58,520 nucleotides of DNA from Anaerolineae bacterium. Lineage in GTDB: Bacteria > Chloroflexota > Anaerolineae > JACIWR01. The position numbers and the translations under genes were made by a program. This document shows positions 1 to 9,271 of the stretch, piece by piece (within the stretch, counting starts at the first letter, position 1; each line of letters begins with the position of its first letter). Location: NCBI GenBank assembly GCA_024653325.1, contig JANLFX010000009.1:1-58520 (forward strand), in the 5' to 3' direction. The notes under the pieces were generated by a model. It searched no databases, was not told where the DNA came from, and saw only the letters and a program-made list of their open reading frames with translations.

Positions 1-33
1 CAAATTTCGGCCAGGTGGCCCTGTTTTAGTTTA

Positions 34-570
34 TCAAAAACACTCTCCCGACAATCCGTCCACGGTCAGCACCAGCCCGGACGTGTCATCCACCGTCAAT
101 CCCAAGGGAAACCACTCCCCCTTCACTTTCACCGACGTCAAATCTCCTCCCAATGCTGGCGTACGCACATTCTCGAAGACCTGGTCGCGCTTCATGCCCG
201 GCACGCGTTCCGCTGCCGCTTGCACAGCATCATACACCCGGCTCTTGCACATGTAGACCCCAAGGGCATCCAACGCCAGAGATACTGCCCCATAACTCAG
301 CCCCAACAGGTACAGCAAGATGCTTAATCCTTTCACCCGCTGCGATATGTGATCCTTGCTCACTCCTTTGGGATAGACACGATGGGTGCGAAAACAGCGC
401 AGGCACTGATAGCGGTGAGCCACCACTTGCGGATACTTGGTATCGCGCAGAGGCTTCTCGACTTCCTGAATGAACTGGAAGTGAGTGCCATCGCAACCCT
501 CGTACGGGCACTCAGACGGCGGTTTGATCTCCTCGGGCTCCACGCGCGGCAGTATCAGATGCAGTCGCAT
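34..570 (-). pseudogene. Truncated IS transposase (Zn-ribbon, HTH, start of DDE domain; IS1/IS6-like architecture)
   Basis: CPYEGC...CLRC Zn-ribbon, LYLLGLSYGAVS HTH-like helix, then GGDLTSVKVKG resembling the first DDE Asp strand. ORF stops at 178 aa, too short for a full DDE domain. Confidence 0.65.
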
Positions 571-654
571 TTCTCATTCGCCTCCCGGTCTAGTCTGCTC
601 TTAATCTTACACCAATTTTACCGGTTGTCGAACAGTCACCAAGACCAAAAGGAC

Positions 655-683
655 TTGACTAGAACAAGCGTTCGTGGTATAAT
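655..683 (+). promoter_or_regulatory. sigma70 promoter of lexA
   Basis: TTGACT (655-660), 17-bp spacer, extended -10 TGgTATAAT (675-683). Confidence 0.85.
662..673. promoter_or_regulatory. LexA (SOS) box GAAC-N4-GTTC
   Basis: GAACAAGCGTTC lies between the -35 and -10 of lexA and matches the Firmicutes/Actinobacteria/Chloroflexi-type SOS box. Confidence 0.9.
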
Positions 684-751
684 TTAAAAACAAATACCCG
701 GTAAAACTTCGCAACCTTCTGACCTTCCATATAACGAAAGGAGGGCGACCC

Positions 752-1384
752 ATGGAACTGTCGGAACGCCAGCGACGCATATTGCAATTCATACGCCAAT
801 TCACACACGAAAACCGCTATCCGCCGACCATCCGTGAGATTGGTGAGGCTGTAGGTATCTCTTCCACCTCGGTTGTGAATTACAATCTTAAGAGTCTGGA
901 AGAGAAGGGCCTGATAGATCGTGATCGCACTATCTCCCGGGGAATCAGGCTGGTAAAAAGCCTGGAGGAACAGGTTGTCTCAATTCCTTTGTTGGGCCGC
1001 ATCGCCGCTGGCAGTCCATTACCTGTCCCCGACAGCAGCAGCGATTTCCGGGTCTTTGGCGATGAGACCATCGAATTGACACGGGGCATTCTCAAAGATA
1101 CCGATAACGTCTATGCCCTGCAAGTCAAGGGGGATTCAATGATTGATGCCCTGATCCACGATGGAGACATCGTGGTCATGAAACACCAACAACACGCTGA
1201 GAACGGGGACCTGGTGGCCGTGTGGTTGCGTGAGGAAAAGGAAACCACCCTGAAGCGCTTTTACCTGGAGGGCGACCAGGTTCGTCTCCAACCAGCCAAC
1301 CCGACGATGGGGCCGATGTATTTCCCCGCTAAGGACGTGGAGATTCAGGGTAAAGTGGTGTGTGTGATCCGTCAGCTCAACTAG
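752..1384 (+). CDS. lexA: SOS repressor LexA
   Basis: N-terminal wHTH (YPPTIREIG), Ala-Gly cleavage site (GRIAAG), catalytic Ser (GDSM) and Lys (TLKR); RBS AGGAGG. Confidence 0.97.
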   Translation: MELSERQRRILQFIRQFTHENRYPPTIREIGEAVGISSTSVVNYNLKSLEEKGLIDRDRTISRGIRLVKSLEEQVVSIPLLGRIAAGSPLPVPDSSSDFRVFGDETIELTRGILKDTDNVYALQVKGDSMIDALIHDGDIVVMKHQQHAENGDLVAVWLREEKETTLKRFYLEGDQVRLQPANPTMGPMYFPAKDVEIQGKVVCVIRQLN

Positions 1385-1466
1385 TTGCTGGGTTGGGGCA
1401 ACCTGTCGGAGAGAGTTGGCATAGGGCGGCTTTTCCATGGCCGCCATAACCTAACCTAAAGGGGAA

Positions 1467-2600
1467 ATGAGCCAGGTAGCTCTGGTACGCTGCGAACAAT
1501 ACGAATTGGACAGAGTTCGGGCCGCGGTACGCCGTAGCGTGGACCTGTTGGGTGGAATGCGAAGTTACGTGCCGTCGGGCGCGCGGGTGTTGATCAAGCC
1601 TAATCTCTTGCAGGCCAGTGCGCCAGAGGAGGCTATTGTCACCCACCCGGCCGTGGTGCAGGCCACGGTAGAGCTGGTACAAGAAGCTGGCGGACGAGTG
1701 ACTATCGGCGACAGCCCCATCGGACCCTTTATGAAAAGCAGGCTGCGCCGGGTTTACGAAGCCAGTGGCATGGAGGAAGTCGCTCAGATCACAGGGGCTG
1801 CGCTCAATTTCGATACCGAAGCCACGACGCAAGCGCACCCCAGCGGGCACCTGATTAAGCGGCTGGAAGTTGGCCGTTATGTGGTCGAAAGCGACGTGGT
1901 CATTTCCCTGTCCAAATTAAAAACCCACGGCTTTATGCGCTTCACCGGGGCAATCAAGAACCTTTTTGGAGTAATCCCTGGTACTTTCAAGACGGGATAC
2001 CACGCTAAACTGGTCACGGCTGAGCGTTTCGCCACCATGCTGCTAGACGTGACGGATTTCGTTCGTCCCGCTTTGCACATCATGGATGCCGTAGTGGGTA
2101 TGGATGGCGATGGCCCCTCGGCAGGTAGACCTTTCCCCATTGGCGTTATTCTGGCCAGCACCGATGGCGTGGCTTTGGACCTGACAGCTACCGAATTGGT
2201 CGGAATAGAACCGCTAAGCGTTCCCGTGTTGAAAGTCGCTGCCCGACTTGGGCTGACCAGTGGTCGCCTGCAGGACATCCAACTGGTGGGCGATGCCTTT
2301 GATGAGGCCCGGGTTACCGGTTTCCGGCCGGCGAAATCCGGCCTTGATGTCAGTAACATTCCGGCGCGGGTACGCGCCGTGGGCACCGGATTGCTGGTGG
2401 TCAACCCGCGAGTCACGGCGGCGTGTGTCGGCTGCGGGATGTGCGAAGAAAACTGCCCTGTCCAGGCGATCAGGGTTAAAAACGGACGGGCTCAGATAGA
2501 CCTGGCTGTTTGCATCCGCTGTTATTGTTGCCACGAACTCTGCCCGGAGCACGCTATCGAACTTCGTCAGCCCTGGCTGGGGCGCATCTTTATGCGCTAA
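1467..2600 (+). CDS. DUF362 family Fe-S protein with C-terminal 2x[4Fe-4S] ferredoxin domain
   Basis: VLIKPNL, THPAVV, KLKTH, TGAIKNLFG, GDGP motifs; CVGCGMCEENCP and CIRCYCCHELCP. Confidence 0.9.
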   Translation: MSQVALVRCEQYELDRVRAAVRRSVDLLGGMRSYVPSGARVLIKPNLLQASAPEEAIVTHPAVVQATVELVQEAGGRVTIGDSPIGPFMKSRLRRVYEASGMEEVAQITGAALNFDTEATTQAHPSGHLIKRLEVGRYVVESDVVISLSKLKTHGFMRFTGAIKNLFGVIPGTFKTGYHAKLVTAERFATMLLDVTDFVRPALHIMDAVVGMDGDGPSAGRPFPIGVILASTDGVALDLTATELVGIEPLSVPVLKVAARLGLTSGRLQDIQLVGDAFDEARVTGFRPAKSGLDVSNIPARVRAVGTGLLVVNPRVTAACVGCGMCEENCPVQAIRVKNGRAQIDLAVCIRCYCCHELCPEHAIELRQPWLGRIFMR

Positions 2601-2606
2601 CAACAT

Positions 2607-2643
2607 GAACCCTTCCGCAGGTTTCAAACCCGTGGGAGGGTTC
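2607..2643. repeat. Palindromic REP-like element / possible bidirectional terminator
   Basis: GAACCCTTCCGCAGGTTT-C-AAACCCGTGGGAGGGTTC between convergent genes; related copy at 13543-13575. Confidence 0.6.
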
Positions 2644-2665
2644 AGTTTTGATGTGAATCGTTGGT

Positions 2666-3562
2666 TCAAGATGCGACCACCGGTATCCTTGCCGCTTTTG
2701 CCGACTGCTTTACCTCTCGCACGCTGGTGAAGTGGGCCTCACCCCCGTTCACCACTCCAATTTCTACCACCAGGGCAGGTACCGCCGTACCTTTCGGCAG
2801 GTCACCCCGCAGACCGGCCTCAACCAGTTCCCGATCCTGGAGAGGATAGAAGTATCGGACCGCTCGTGTCAAACGGTCGGCCAGTTTGTCACGGAGGATG
2901 TCCACCTTCTCCGGAATGGTGAGCACCAGGAATTCCGATTGGTTGATATGTCCAACCAGATCGTCCATCGTACCGGCTTCATCCACCGCGTTGCTGATAA
3001 TCAAGCCCACTGCCCGCAGCGCATCATCTCCAGCCACGAACCCATAGGCCTCGTTGAATGCTTCGACATTCGTCAAACCGATGTATAGCACCGCCCAGTC
3101 TTGACGTCCCAACAGCGATTTCAGGCGCTCGTCTATCACCTTGGCATCTGGTAAGCCGGTAACCGGGCTGACCAGGCTCTCATACCCCGCCCGGCGAATC
3201 GCATTGCGCACCCGCAAGCGCAGTTCCTGCATGTCGAAGGGCTTGGTGATGTAATCCACTGCTCCCAATTTCAACCCGGTAATGCGATCCCCCCGTTCTT
3301 TCAATTCGGTGAGGAAGATAACAGGAATTTGGCTGGTACGCAGGTTTTGCCGCAACCGGCGGCATACCTCATATCCGTCTATATCCGGTAGCCGGATGTC
3401 TTGTATAATCAGGTCTGGCGGAGTCTCCTTACAGATTTTAAGAGCATCCTCTCCCATGACGGCAGTGACGATGTTATACCCTAAAGCTGCAAAATAGGTG
3501 GATAACATCTCCAGGGTATCGGTATCGTCCTCGACGATGAGAATTGTATTTCTGGCGGACAT
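2666..3562 (-). CDS. Response regulator (REC) with degenerate GGDEF-like domain
   Basis: ILIVEDD, QDIRLP (phospho-Asp), KPFD; C-terminal SPVTGLP...FNEAYGFVAGD, with the GGDEF site replaced by GHINQSEF. Start set at ATG 3562 after GGAGGT. Confidence 0.85.
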   Translation of the reverse strand: MSARNTILIVEDDTDTLEMLSTYFAALGYNIVTAVMGEDALKICKETPPDLIIQDIRLPDIDGYEVCRRLRQNLRTSQIPVIFLTELKERGDRITGLKLGAVDYITKPFDMQELRLRVRNAIRRAGYESLVSPVTGLPDAKVIDERLKSLLGRQDWAVLYIGLTNVEAFNEAYGFVAGDDALRAVGLIISNAVDEAGTMDDLVGHINQSEFLVLTIPEKVDILRDKLADRLTRAVRYFYPLQDRELVEAGLRGDLPKGTAVPALVVEIGVVNGGEAHFTSVREVKQSAKAARIPVVAS

Positions 3563-3599
3563 CTTTACCTCCGACCGACCATGAACCGGCGCGACCAGC

Positions 3600-4229
3600 C
3601 TATTCCACGGGCTCTTTGAGTATCTCGAAGTCGCAGACCGGATCACCAGCGCCAATGCAATGCACTTCTCTTACTTTGAACTCTTTGCCGCCGCTGACCC
3701 AATGCAGACCTCCCTGAAGCAATCCTACGGCCGCATGGCAGATAGGTTTATCCGCGTGTCGTCCCCAGCAAACCGGGCAACGTTCGATGATGTACAGGAA
3801 GTGATCACCACAATCTTCAACCCGGCTTATCTGGTCGCTGAACTGGGTAAAAACCTTGGCCATGGCCGGCAGACCGATCTTGAGCTTAGCACTCAAAGGC
3901 AAAGCTTTCATTGCGAAACCGGTCATGCCTACCGCCGGACCGAAAGCATCCAACCCATGCTTGATCGCCGCCCGTCCGGCCCGCATGGCCAGTCCTCGCC
4001 CTCCCCGCGGGCCATACATGTCATCCAGGGCCTGATTTAAGGCCGCGAAATCGGCGAAATCGAAAGACTTGTGCAAATCATCCGGGGGATAGTTATCCAC
4101 CAGGTGGGCTAGGCCAGCGAGTTTGAGAATGGCGGCCAAGCCATTGCGGCCCATGATATCCTCAAGGACCAGCAAGTAAATACGGGCAATCTTGTTTGGA
4201 TAGTACAATCCACTTTTTTCAGGCGACAC
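3600..4229 (-). CDS. V4R (4-vinyl reductase-like) domain protein
   Basis: YGPRGGRGLA, CPVCWGR, ICH...G.L, EVHCIGAGDPVCDF. Confidence 0.85.
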   Translation of the reverse strand: MSPEKSGLYYPNKIARIYLLVLEDIMGRNGLAAILKLAGLAHLVDNYPPDDLHKSFDFADFAALNQALDDMYGPRGGRGLAMRAGRAAIKHGLDAFGPAVGMTGFAMKALPLSAKLKIGLPAMAKVFTQFSDQISRVEDCGDHFLYIIERCPVCWGRHADKPICHAAVGLLQGGLHWVSGGKEFKVREVHCIGAGDPVCDFEILKEPVE

Positions 4230-4303
4230 GTTGGTCCCTCCTTAGCAAAGAAGAATAGCGTCCATGGACCTTTCACTACCCGCTGATACTTTTAACCGTT
4301 GCA

Positions 4304-4675
4304 CTAGACGATTTTGGCTAGCTCCTCTGCTGTCCGGCGCATATCCAGGAAGAGTAGACCCAGCTTGGCCTGCTTGCGAGCCAGAACGGTGAGCACAGCC
4401 TCTTCTCCGACAGACATTAGGACTACATACCCATTCTCACCCTTGATATAAACCTGGTCTAACATACCGCGTCCCAACTCACCGGCAATGCGATCCCCCA
4501 GAGAAAGCATGGCGGCAGACATAGCCGATACTCGATCCTCCTCTACCCCAGCCGGCAAAGATGAGGCCATGATCAAGCCGTCTACACTGACCACCGCCGA
4601 GGCCTCGATGTCGGGTGTACTGACCTGCAGGTCTTTCAGGCAGGCCACCATTTGCTCGGTTCTTGATTTGGTCAT
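4304..4675 (-). CDS. Roadblock/LC7 (MglB-like) protein
   Basis: SAVVSVDGL, VSAMSAAMLSLG, LGRGMLDQVYIKG, KLGLLFLDM. Confidence 0.92.
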   Translation of the reverse strand: MTKSRTEQMVACLKDLQVSTPDIEASAVVSVDGLIMASSLPAGVEEDRVSAMSAAMLSLGDRIAGELGRGMLDQVYIKGENGYVVLMSVGEEAVLTVLARKQAKLGLLFLDMRRTAEELAKIV

Positions 4676-4791
4676 CGTCGCATTCCTCCTATTGTGTTTT
4701 TTGCCCGGACGGATTTCTTGTCTGGTAAAAACGGAGAGAATAGGTCCCGAGAAGACCCACGTCCTGGTCTGCTCCTGGAACGATGTTTATT

Positions 4792-4820
4792 ATTATACCA
4801 GCATTTGTGCAATTTGACAA
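4792..4820 (-). promoter_or_regulatory. sigma70 promoter of the roadblock-V4R-RR operon
   Basis: On the - strand: TTGTCA, 17 bp, TGgTATAAT. Confidence 0.65.
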
Positions 4821-4883
4821 CGCCAAAAAAGTGCTGTGCGGGCTTAAGAGCTCAATGGAATTAGAGAGGACAGGCGCTAGGCG

Positions 4884-5306
4884 TCAAGGCGAAAAAACCG
4901 CCTGAACTCTCTTCCCTACTCCAATGATTCCTACAGCCTCTTGTCCAAGAGCCACGATTCCAACACATTTGTAACCCAATGCCAGAATGCCCACAGCCAA
5001 ATACCCTACAGCGAAAACGGATACAGATACGATACCAAGTCCCACCACGCTAACAGAGAGCAGGGCTACACTGGCTATGCTGACCGATACCAGCCCTGTG
5101 GCTATGAGCGCTACGGTGAATAATCCCCGAGCAACAAAAATGCCCAACGCGATTATACCTGTTGCCCGATTGCCAATCGCAATGACGCCGCGGGCGTGGC
5201 GCATTTCACCATGTGGATTATCAAAACCCAGGTTGATGGAGAGTAGAGGCCACCCAAAGAACTTTCTCGGTGATTCATACTCGTATGGAAGGGATTCCAA
5301 TGCCAT
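4884..5306 (-). CDS. Gly-rich hydrophobic hypothetical protein
   Basis: YEYESPRKFFGWPLLSI...ARGVIAIG followed by repeated hydrophobic-Gly segments; start uncertain. Confidence 0.65.
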   Translation of the reverse strand: MALESLPYEYESPRKFFGWPLLSINLGFDNPHGEMRHARGVIAIGNRATGIIALGIFVARGLFTVALIATGLVSVSIASVALLSVSVVGLGIVSVSVFAVGYLAVGILALGYKCVGIVALGQEAVGIIGVGKRVQAVFSP

Positions 5307-5720
5307 GCAAAGGTGTCGGTAGAAGTCTACGAATAATGCTAATACCGAACCGATTTTGCCCAAACAACCAGGACGAGCTGTCAGACTTGCGATAGTACTC
5401 GGCGGGGCTGGGAACGAGGCTTTCATTGCACTCTCCTGACCCGGCTAAGCCGGAATCCAAATTGGTTGTTCTAGTGCTCCGTCAACCTTAAAGGTTTCAC
5501 GGTGCCAAGCCACAGGGGCTCGTCCTGAGTGCACTGAAGGGGCACAGAATCTTTGGTAAAACCTCTGCGTCCTCGGCGTTTCGGCGGTAAGAGTTTAACT
5601 TGCAGGGGTGACAAAGCACCAGACACGGTCTTAAGGAGGGTAGGGGGATACTGTACTTCCGCACTGAAGCGGAAAGAGTGAGATAGGACTGGAATTTGGT
5701 CATGGCTTGCTTGCTGCACG

Positions 5721-5756
5721 CAAAAAGCTCCCGGCTTAAACAAGCGGGAGCTTTTG
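5721..5756 (-). terminator. Intrinsic terminator downstream of tRNA-Lys
   Basis: AAAAGCTCCCG...CGGGAGCTTTT hairpin with a T-run on the - strand. Confidence 0.7.
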
Positions 5757-5785
5757 CATCTGGCGGGGTGGCTCCCGTCTGAAGG

Positions 5786-5859
5786 TGAGCCGTACTGGAT
5801 TCGAACCAGTGACTCCCTGCTTAAAAGGCAGGTGCTCTGCCTGACTGAGCTAACGGCCC
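5786..5859 (-). tRNA. tRNA-Lys (anticodon UUU); CCA not fully encoded
   Basis: GGGCCGTTAGCTCAGTCAGGCAGAGCA CCTGC-CT-TTT-AA-GCAGG GAGTC ACTGG-TTCGAAT-CCAGT ACGGCTC A; all four stems pair. Confidence 0.97.
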
Positions 5860-5868
5860 ACAATATTA

Positions 5869-5897
5869 AGTATATCACATGAACTCTTTGCTGTCAA
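5869..5897 (-). promoter_or_regulatory. sigma70 promoter of tRNA-Lys
   Basis: TTGACA, 17 bp, TGaTATACT on the - strand, about 10 bp upstream of the tRNA. Confidence 0.8.
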
Positions 5898-6048
5898 ACT
5901 TTATTCTGCTGAGGGATAGGCCTCTTTGAGTCCTTTGTGGCTCATTCTTTTGCCAGGCGTGCAAAATGTGGTATCATTAAGCTGGTTGATCAGTAGTTTG
6001 CCGACTCGCTGACTCGCTCATTCGCCGACTCGTTTAAGGAAAATTGAC

Positions 6049-7758
6049 GTGTACTTTGACGCTTTGACTGCCGCTGCTGTCACCGACGAATTGCGGACAA
6101 CCATCCTGGGGGGCCGTATTCAAGCCGTACTCCAGCCCGATGAGTGGTCAATCGGATTGGAAGTATATGCCGGACATCAGCGCCATTATTTGCTGCTCTC
6201 AGCCCATCCCGATTACGCCCGCGTCCACCTGGTAAAGGATAAATTGCGCCGGGGAGTGGAAAGCGCGTCGCCATTGCTGCTTCTACTCCGCAAGTATGTC
6301 CGGGGAGGGCGGGTTGAGGGGGTGGCTCAGCCACCTTTCGAGCGCATCCTTCATCTGCGCATTGCCCACCCGGAAGGCGAGACCACTCTCGTTATCGAGG
6401 CGATGGGCCGTTATGCCAATCTGATTCTGGTCGCCACCGATGGCATTGTGCTGGGCTGCCTCAAGCGCGTTGGACCGGAAATGAGCCGGGTGCGTACTTT
6501 GCTACCCAACCGGCTGTACGTCCCCCCACCTCCCCAGCCCAAGCTGGATCCAACCGACCTGGACGAAACACGGGCGCAGTACCTGGTGAGCACCGCCCCC
6601 GACGGCACTCCCCTGTGGCGTGTTTTGGTGAACGGTGTGCGAGGAGTTAGCCCGTTGCTGGCCAGGGAAGTTGCCTTGCGGGCTACTGACCGGGTCGCCA
6701 CTCCTGTCGAGCGAGTGATGGACGTCGTGCGGGTAGTGAACGTTTTCCAGGATCTGATACTGCCGGTGTGGGAACATCGCTGGCAGCCGTGTCTGGCGCG
6801 TGAGCATGGTGAGCCGGTAGCCTTTGCGCCTTATCTGTTGACCCAATATGATCAAGTCGAGAGCCTGAGCAGTATCAGTGAGGCGCTGGAAGCGTACTAC
6901 GCGGCGTTGACCGGTGAAAATGCTTACGCTGCGGCCAGGGATAAGGTGCGCGCTGTCCTGGAAGAAGCGCGCCGTCGGGTAGAGCGCAAGCGGCAAGCTC
7001 TGTTACGTTCCCAACCCATGTCCGGGGAAATCGAGACCCTGCGTTACAAAGGCGAGCTCATCCTGGCTTACGCTCATACTCTGCAACCCGGCCAAGAGGA
7101 ATTGATAGCCCAGATGTCTCCGCAAGAGTCACCGCTGGTTATCCGTCTGGACCCAAAACTTTCACCAGTGGAAAACGCGCAGGCGTACTTCAAGGAATAT
7201 CGCAAAGCGAAAAACGCTGTTGCTGGAGCTCCGGCTCGCCTGGCCCAGGCCGACCTGGAGCTACGCTACCTGAACCAGCTTGCCACCGACCTGGAGCTGG
7301 CTGCCAATCGGCCAGAGATTGACGAGGTACGCGCTGCCCTGCTGGATGCGGGTTATATTCAGCCGGAGCGAGCGGGCTATCGGCCACAACACAGCCGTCC
7401 GCTGGAGGTGCAATCCGCCGATGGGTTCATCATCCTGGTGGGCAAGAACGCGCGCCAGAACGACCTGGTGACATTTCGTCGGGCCGACCCGGATGATCTA
7501 TGGCTGCACGCGCGGGGTGTGCCGGGGGCGCACGTGATAATCAAAACGGCGGGCCGGCCTGTGCCGGAGACCACGCTTCGGCAGGCAGCCCGCCTTGCGG
7601 CGCAATATTCCGCCGCCCGGCAGGAGAAGTCCGTGGCTGTAGATTACACCCTGCGCCGTTACGTGAAGCGCGTGCGCGGTGGACGTCCAGGCCTGGTGAC
7701 CTATCGGCACGAGCAAACTATACGCGTGTCGCCCGGCGAAGGGGAGACACCCGATTGA
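6049..7758 (+). CDS. rqcH: Ribosome quality control factor RqcH (NFACT/FbpA family)
   Basis: MYFDAL, EAMGRYANLIL, ENAQAYFKEYRK, GKNARQND, WLHARGVPGAHV, VDYT...GLVTY. Confidence 0.93.
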   Translation: MYFDALTAAAVTDELRTTILGGRIQAVLQPDEWSIGLEVYAGHQRHYLLLSAHPDYARVHLVKDKLRRGVESASPLLLLLRKYVRGGRVEGVAQPPFERILHLRIAHPEGETTLVIEAMGRYANLILVATDGIVLGCLKRVGPEMSRVRTLLPNRLYVPPPPQPKLDPTDLDETRAQYLVSTAPDGTPLWRVLVNGVRGVSPLLAREVALRATDRVATPVERVMDVVRVVNVFQDLILPVWEHRWQPCLAREHGEPVAFAPYLLTQYDQVESLSSISEALEAYYAALTGENAYAAARDKVRAVLEEARRRVERKRQALLRSQPMSGEIETLRYKGELILAYAHTLQPGQEELIAQMSPQESPLVIRLDPKLSPVENAQAYFKEYRKAKNAVAGAPARLAQADLELRYLNQLATDLELAANRPEIDEVRAALLDAGYIQPERAGYRPQHSRPLEVQSADGFIILVGKNARQNDLVTFRRADPDDLWLHARGVPGAHVIIKTAGRPVPETTLRQAARLAAQYSAARQEKSVAVDYTLRRYVKRVRGGRPGLVTYRHEQTIRVSPGEGETPD

Positions 7759-7780
7759 CTCCTTACGGTTGCGCCGCAAA

Positions 7781-7808
7781 GAAAAGAGGCCCAAGCGGGC
7801 CCCTTTTC
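7781..7808. terminator. Bidirectional intrinsic terminator
   Basis: GAAAAGAGGCCC-AAGC-GGGCCCCTTTTC between convergent genes. Confidence 0.7.
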
Positions 7809-7821
7809 GCCTTCCGTGAAC

Positions 7822-8052
7822 TCATTCTACTTTGATTTTAGTCGCCTTTTTGGACCGGGGTTTCTCCATGCTCTCGATGGCCGCGTCCAGCAAGCTGCGC
7901 ATGGCCAGCAGGGTCTCTTTCCGGGCTGCCCGCATGTGATCGTGAAACTCCTCGGGCAATAAGCCTCGCCGGCGGCGCAAACGCGAACGAAGGCCTCTCA
8001 TCCCTTCATTCACCCAATCCTCGAAGACGAATTCCTTCTCGGTCACTGTCAT
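7822..8052 (-). CDS. Small helical hypothetical protein
   Basis: LLPEEFHDHMRAARKETLLAMRSLLD...KIKVE; RBS GGAGGT upstream. Confidence 0.7.
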   Translation of the reverse strand: MTVTEKEFVFEDWVNEGMRGLRSRLRRRRGLLPEEFHDHMRAARKETLLAMRSLLDAAIESMEKPRSKKATKIKVE

Positions 8053-8350
8053 CGCCCTCACCTCCCTGCGTTATAACTCTTGTTCCTGGCATTTTTATTT
8101 TACACCCATTTTGCACATTTGTAAATCCTGTGAATATCTCGACCCCCGGCTCACCCCGTGGGCGAGAGCTCCGAGACCCTCACTATGGTTGGTGTTTCGT
8201 ACCGGGCACCCTTATTCAGAGTCGCACTGCACTTAATCGTGGAACACTTTGTCGCTCACAGAGTCACATGGAGTTGCACAGAAAATTCTGGGAAAATCGG
8301 TGCGGTTCTGGGGCGAGATTGAATTGTCCACGGTCAGGTGAGATGCCACC

Positions 8351-9268
8351 TTATTCAGGACGGGTGCCGATTAATCCAGCGCCGGCTGCCAGGTCCTGCA
8401 TCTCCCGGGTGATAGCTTGTTTGCGAGCTGTCTGTACCACTAACATCAACTCGGTGACAAGCCGCTTGGCATTCTGGGTGGCTCCTTCCAGCAGTTGGAA
8501 ACGGGCCGAATGTTCTGCCGCTGCCGAGTCTAGCAGGAGACTGTACAGGCTGGCTGAGATCCACTGCTCTATAAGGCGGGTGTATAGACTTACCGGATCG
8601 GTTTCGATAATTGGGGGTGGCCAGAGCTCGGAGGACGAGTTGCCAGCTTGTTCTGTAGCAGGCAGTGCTGGTGGGATCAGGCGCACCACCGTCGGGATGT
8701 AGCGCACCGTTCCGCGATAGGCATTGTAGACCAGGTCTACCGCGTCCAAATCGTGTGCCTGGTAGCGGGCCAGCCATTGGCGGGTTAGACTGAGAGCCAG
8801 GCGATAGTCCGGCAACGCCATCATTGATAGCGTACCCGACCAGCGCAATGGCTGCCGGCGTCGGTGGAAGATGCGGCTGACCCGCGTGCCCAAGACCATC
8901 AGCTCTACCTGGGCACCGGCTGGTAATTCCGCCAGATGCCGCTCGGCACACCCGACGACAGCCGTATTGAATGTCCCACACAACCCGCGTTCGCTCCCGA
9001 TCACCAACACCACAATACGCTCAGGAGATGGAGGCATTTTTTGCCTGGGCTCCTGGTCAGGCAATAACTCCCGATGCGACGTGAGTCGGATGTGGGGCCA
9101 CAATGCCGGCAGCATGTCCTCCAGCCTGGTGGCGTAGCGATGCGCGTCGTCTCGTTTACGGAGAGCCATCCGCCAGCTTCCCAATGAAATAGTTCGCAGG
9201 GCGCTGAGGATAGGTTGTACAGAGCGAATGTTGTCTAGACGGGCCTGAGCTCGCTTCCAGTCTTCCAT
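8351..9268 (-). CDS. atpG: N-ATPase F1 gamma subunit
   Basis: GSERGLCGTFN, AEHSARFQLLEGATQNA, ARKQAITREM. Confidence 0.93.
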   Translation of the reverse strand: MEDWKRAQARLDNIRSVQPILSALRTISLGSWRMALRKRDDAHRYATRLEDMLPALWPHIRLTSHRELLPDQEPRQKMPPSPERIVVLVIGSERGLCGTFNTAVVGCAERHLAELPAGAQVELMVLGTRVSRIFHRRRQPLRWSGTLSMMALPDYRLALSLTRQWLARYQAHDLDAVDLVYNAYRGTVRYIPTVVRLIPPALPATEQAGNSSSELWPPPIIETDPVSLYTRLIEQWISASLYSLLLDSAAAEHSARFQLLEGATQNAKRLVTELMLVVQTARKQAITREMQDLAAGAGLIGTRPE

Positions 9269-9271
9269 GAT

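Noticed and set aside
616-706. 9-bp inverted repeat TTTTACCGG / CCGGTAAAA around the lexA promoter
   Set aside because: Short and widely spaced; compatible with chance.
4884-5859. Integrative element at tRNA-Lys
   Set aside because: No integrase and no duplicated tRNA 3' end seen in the window.
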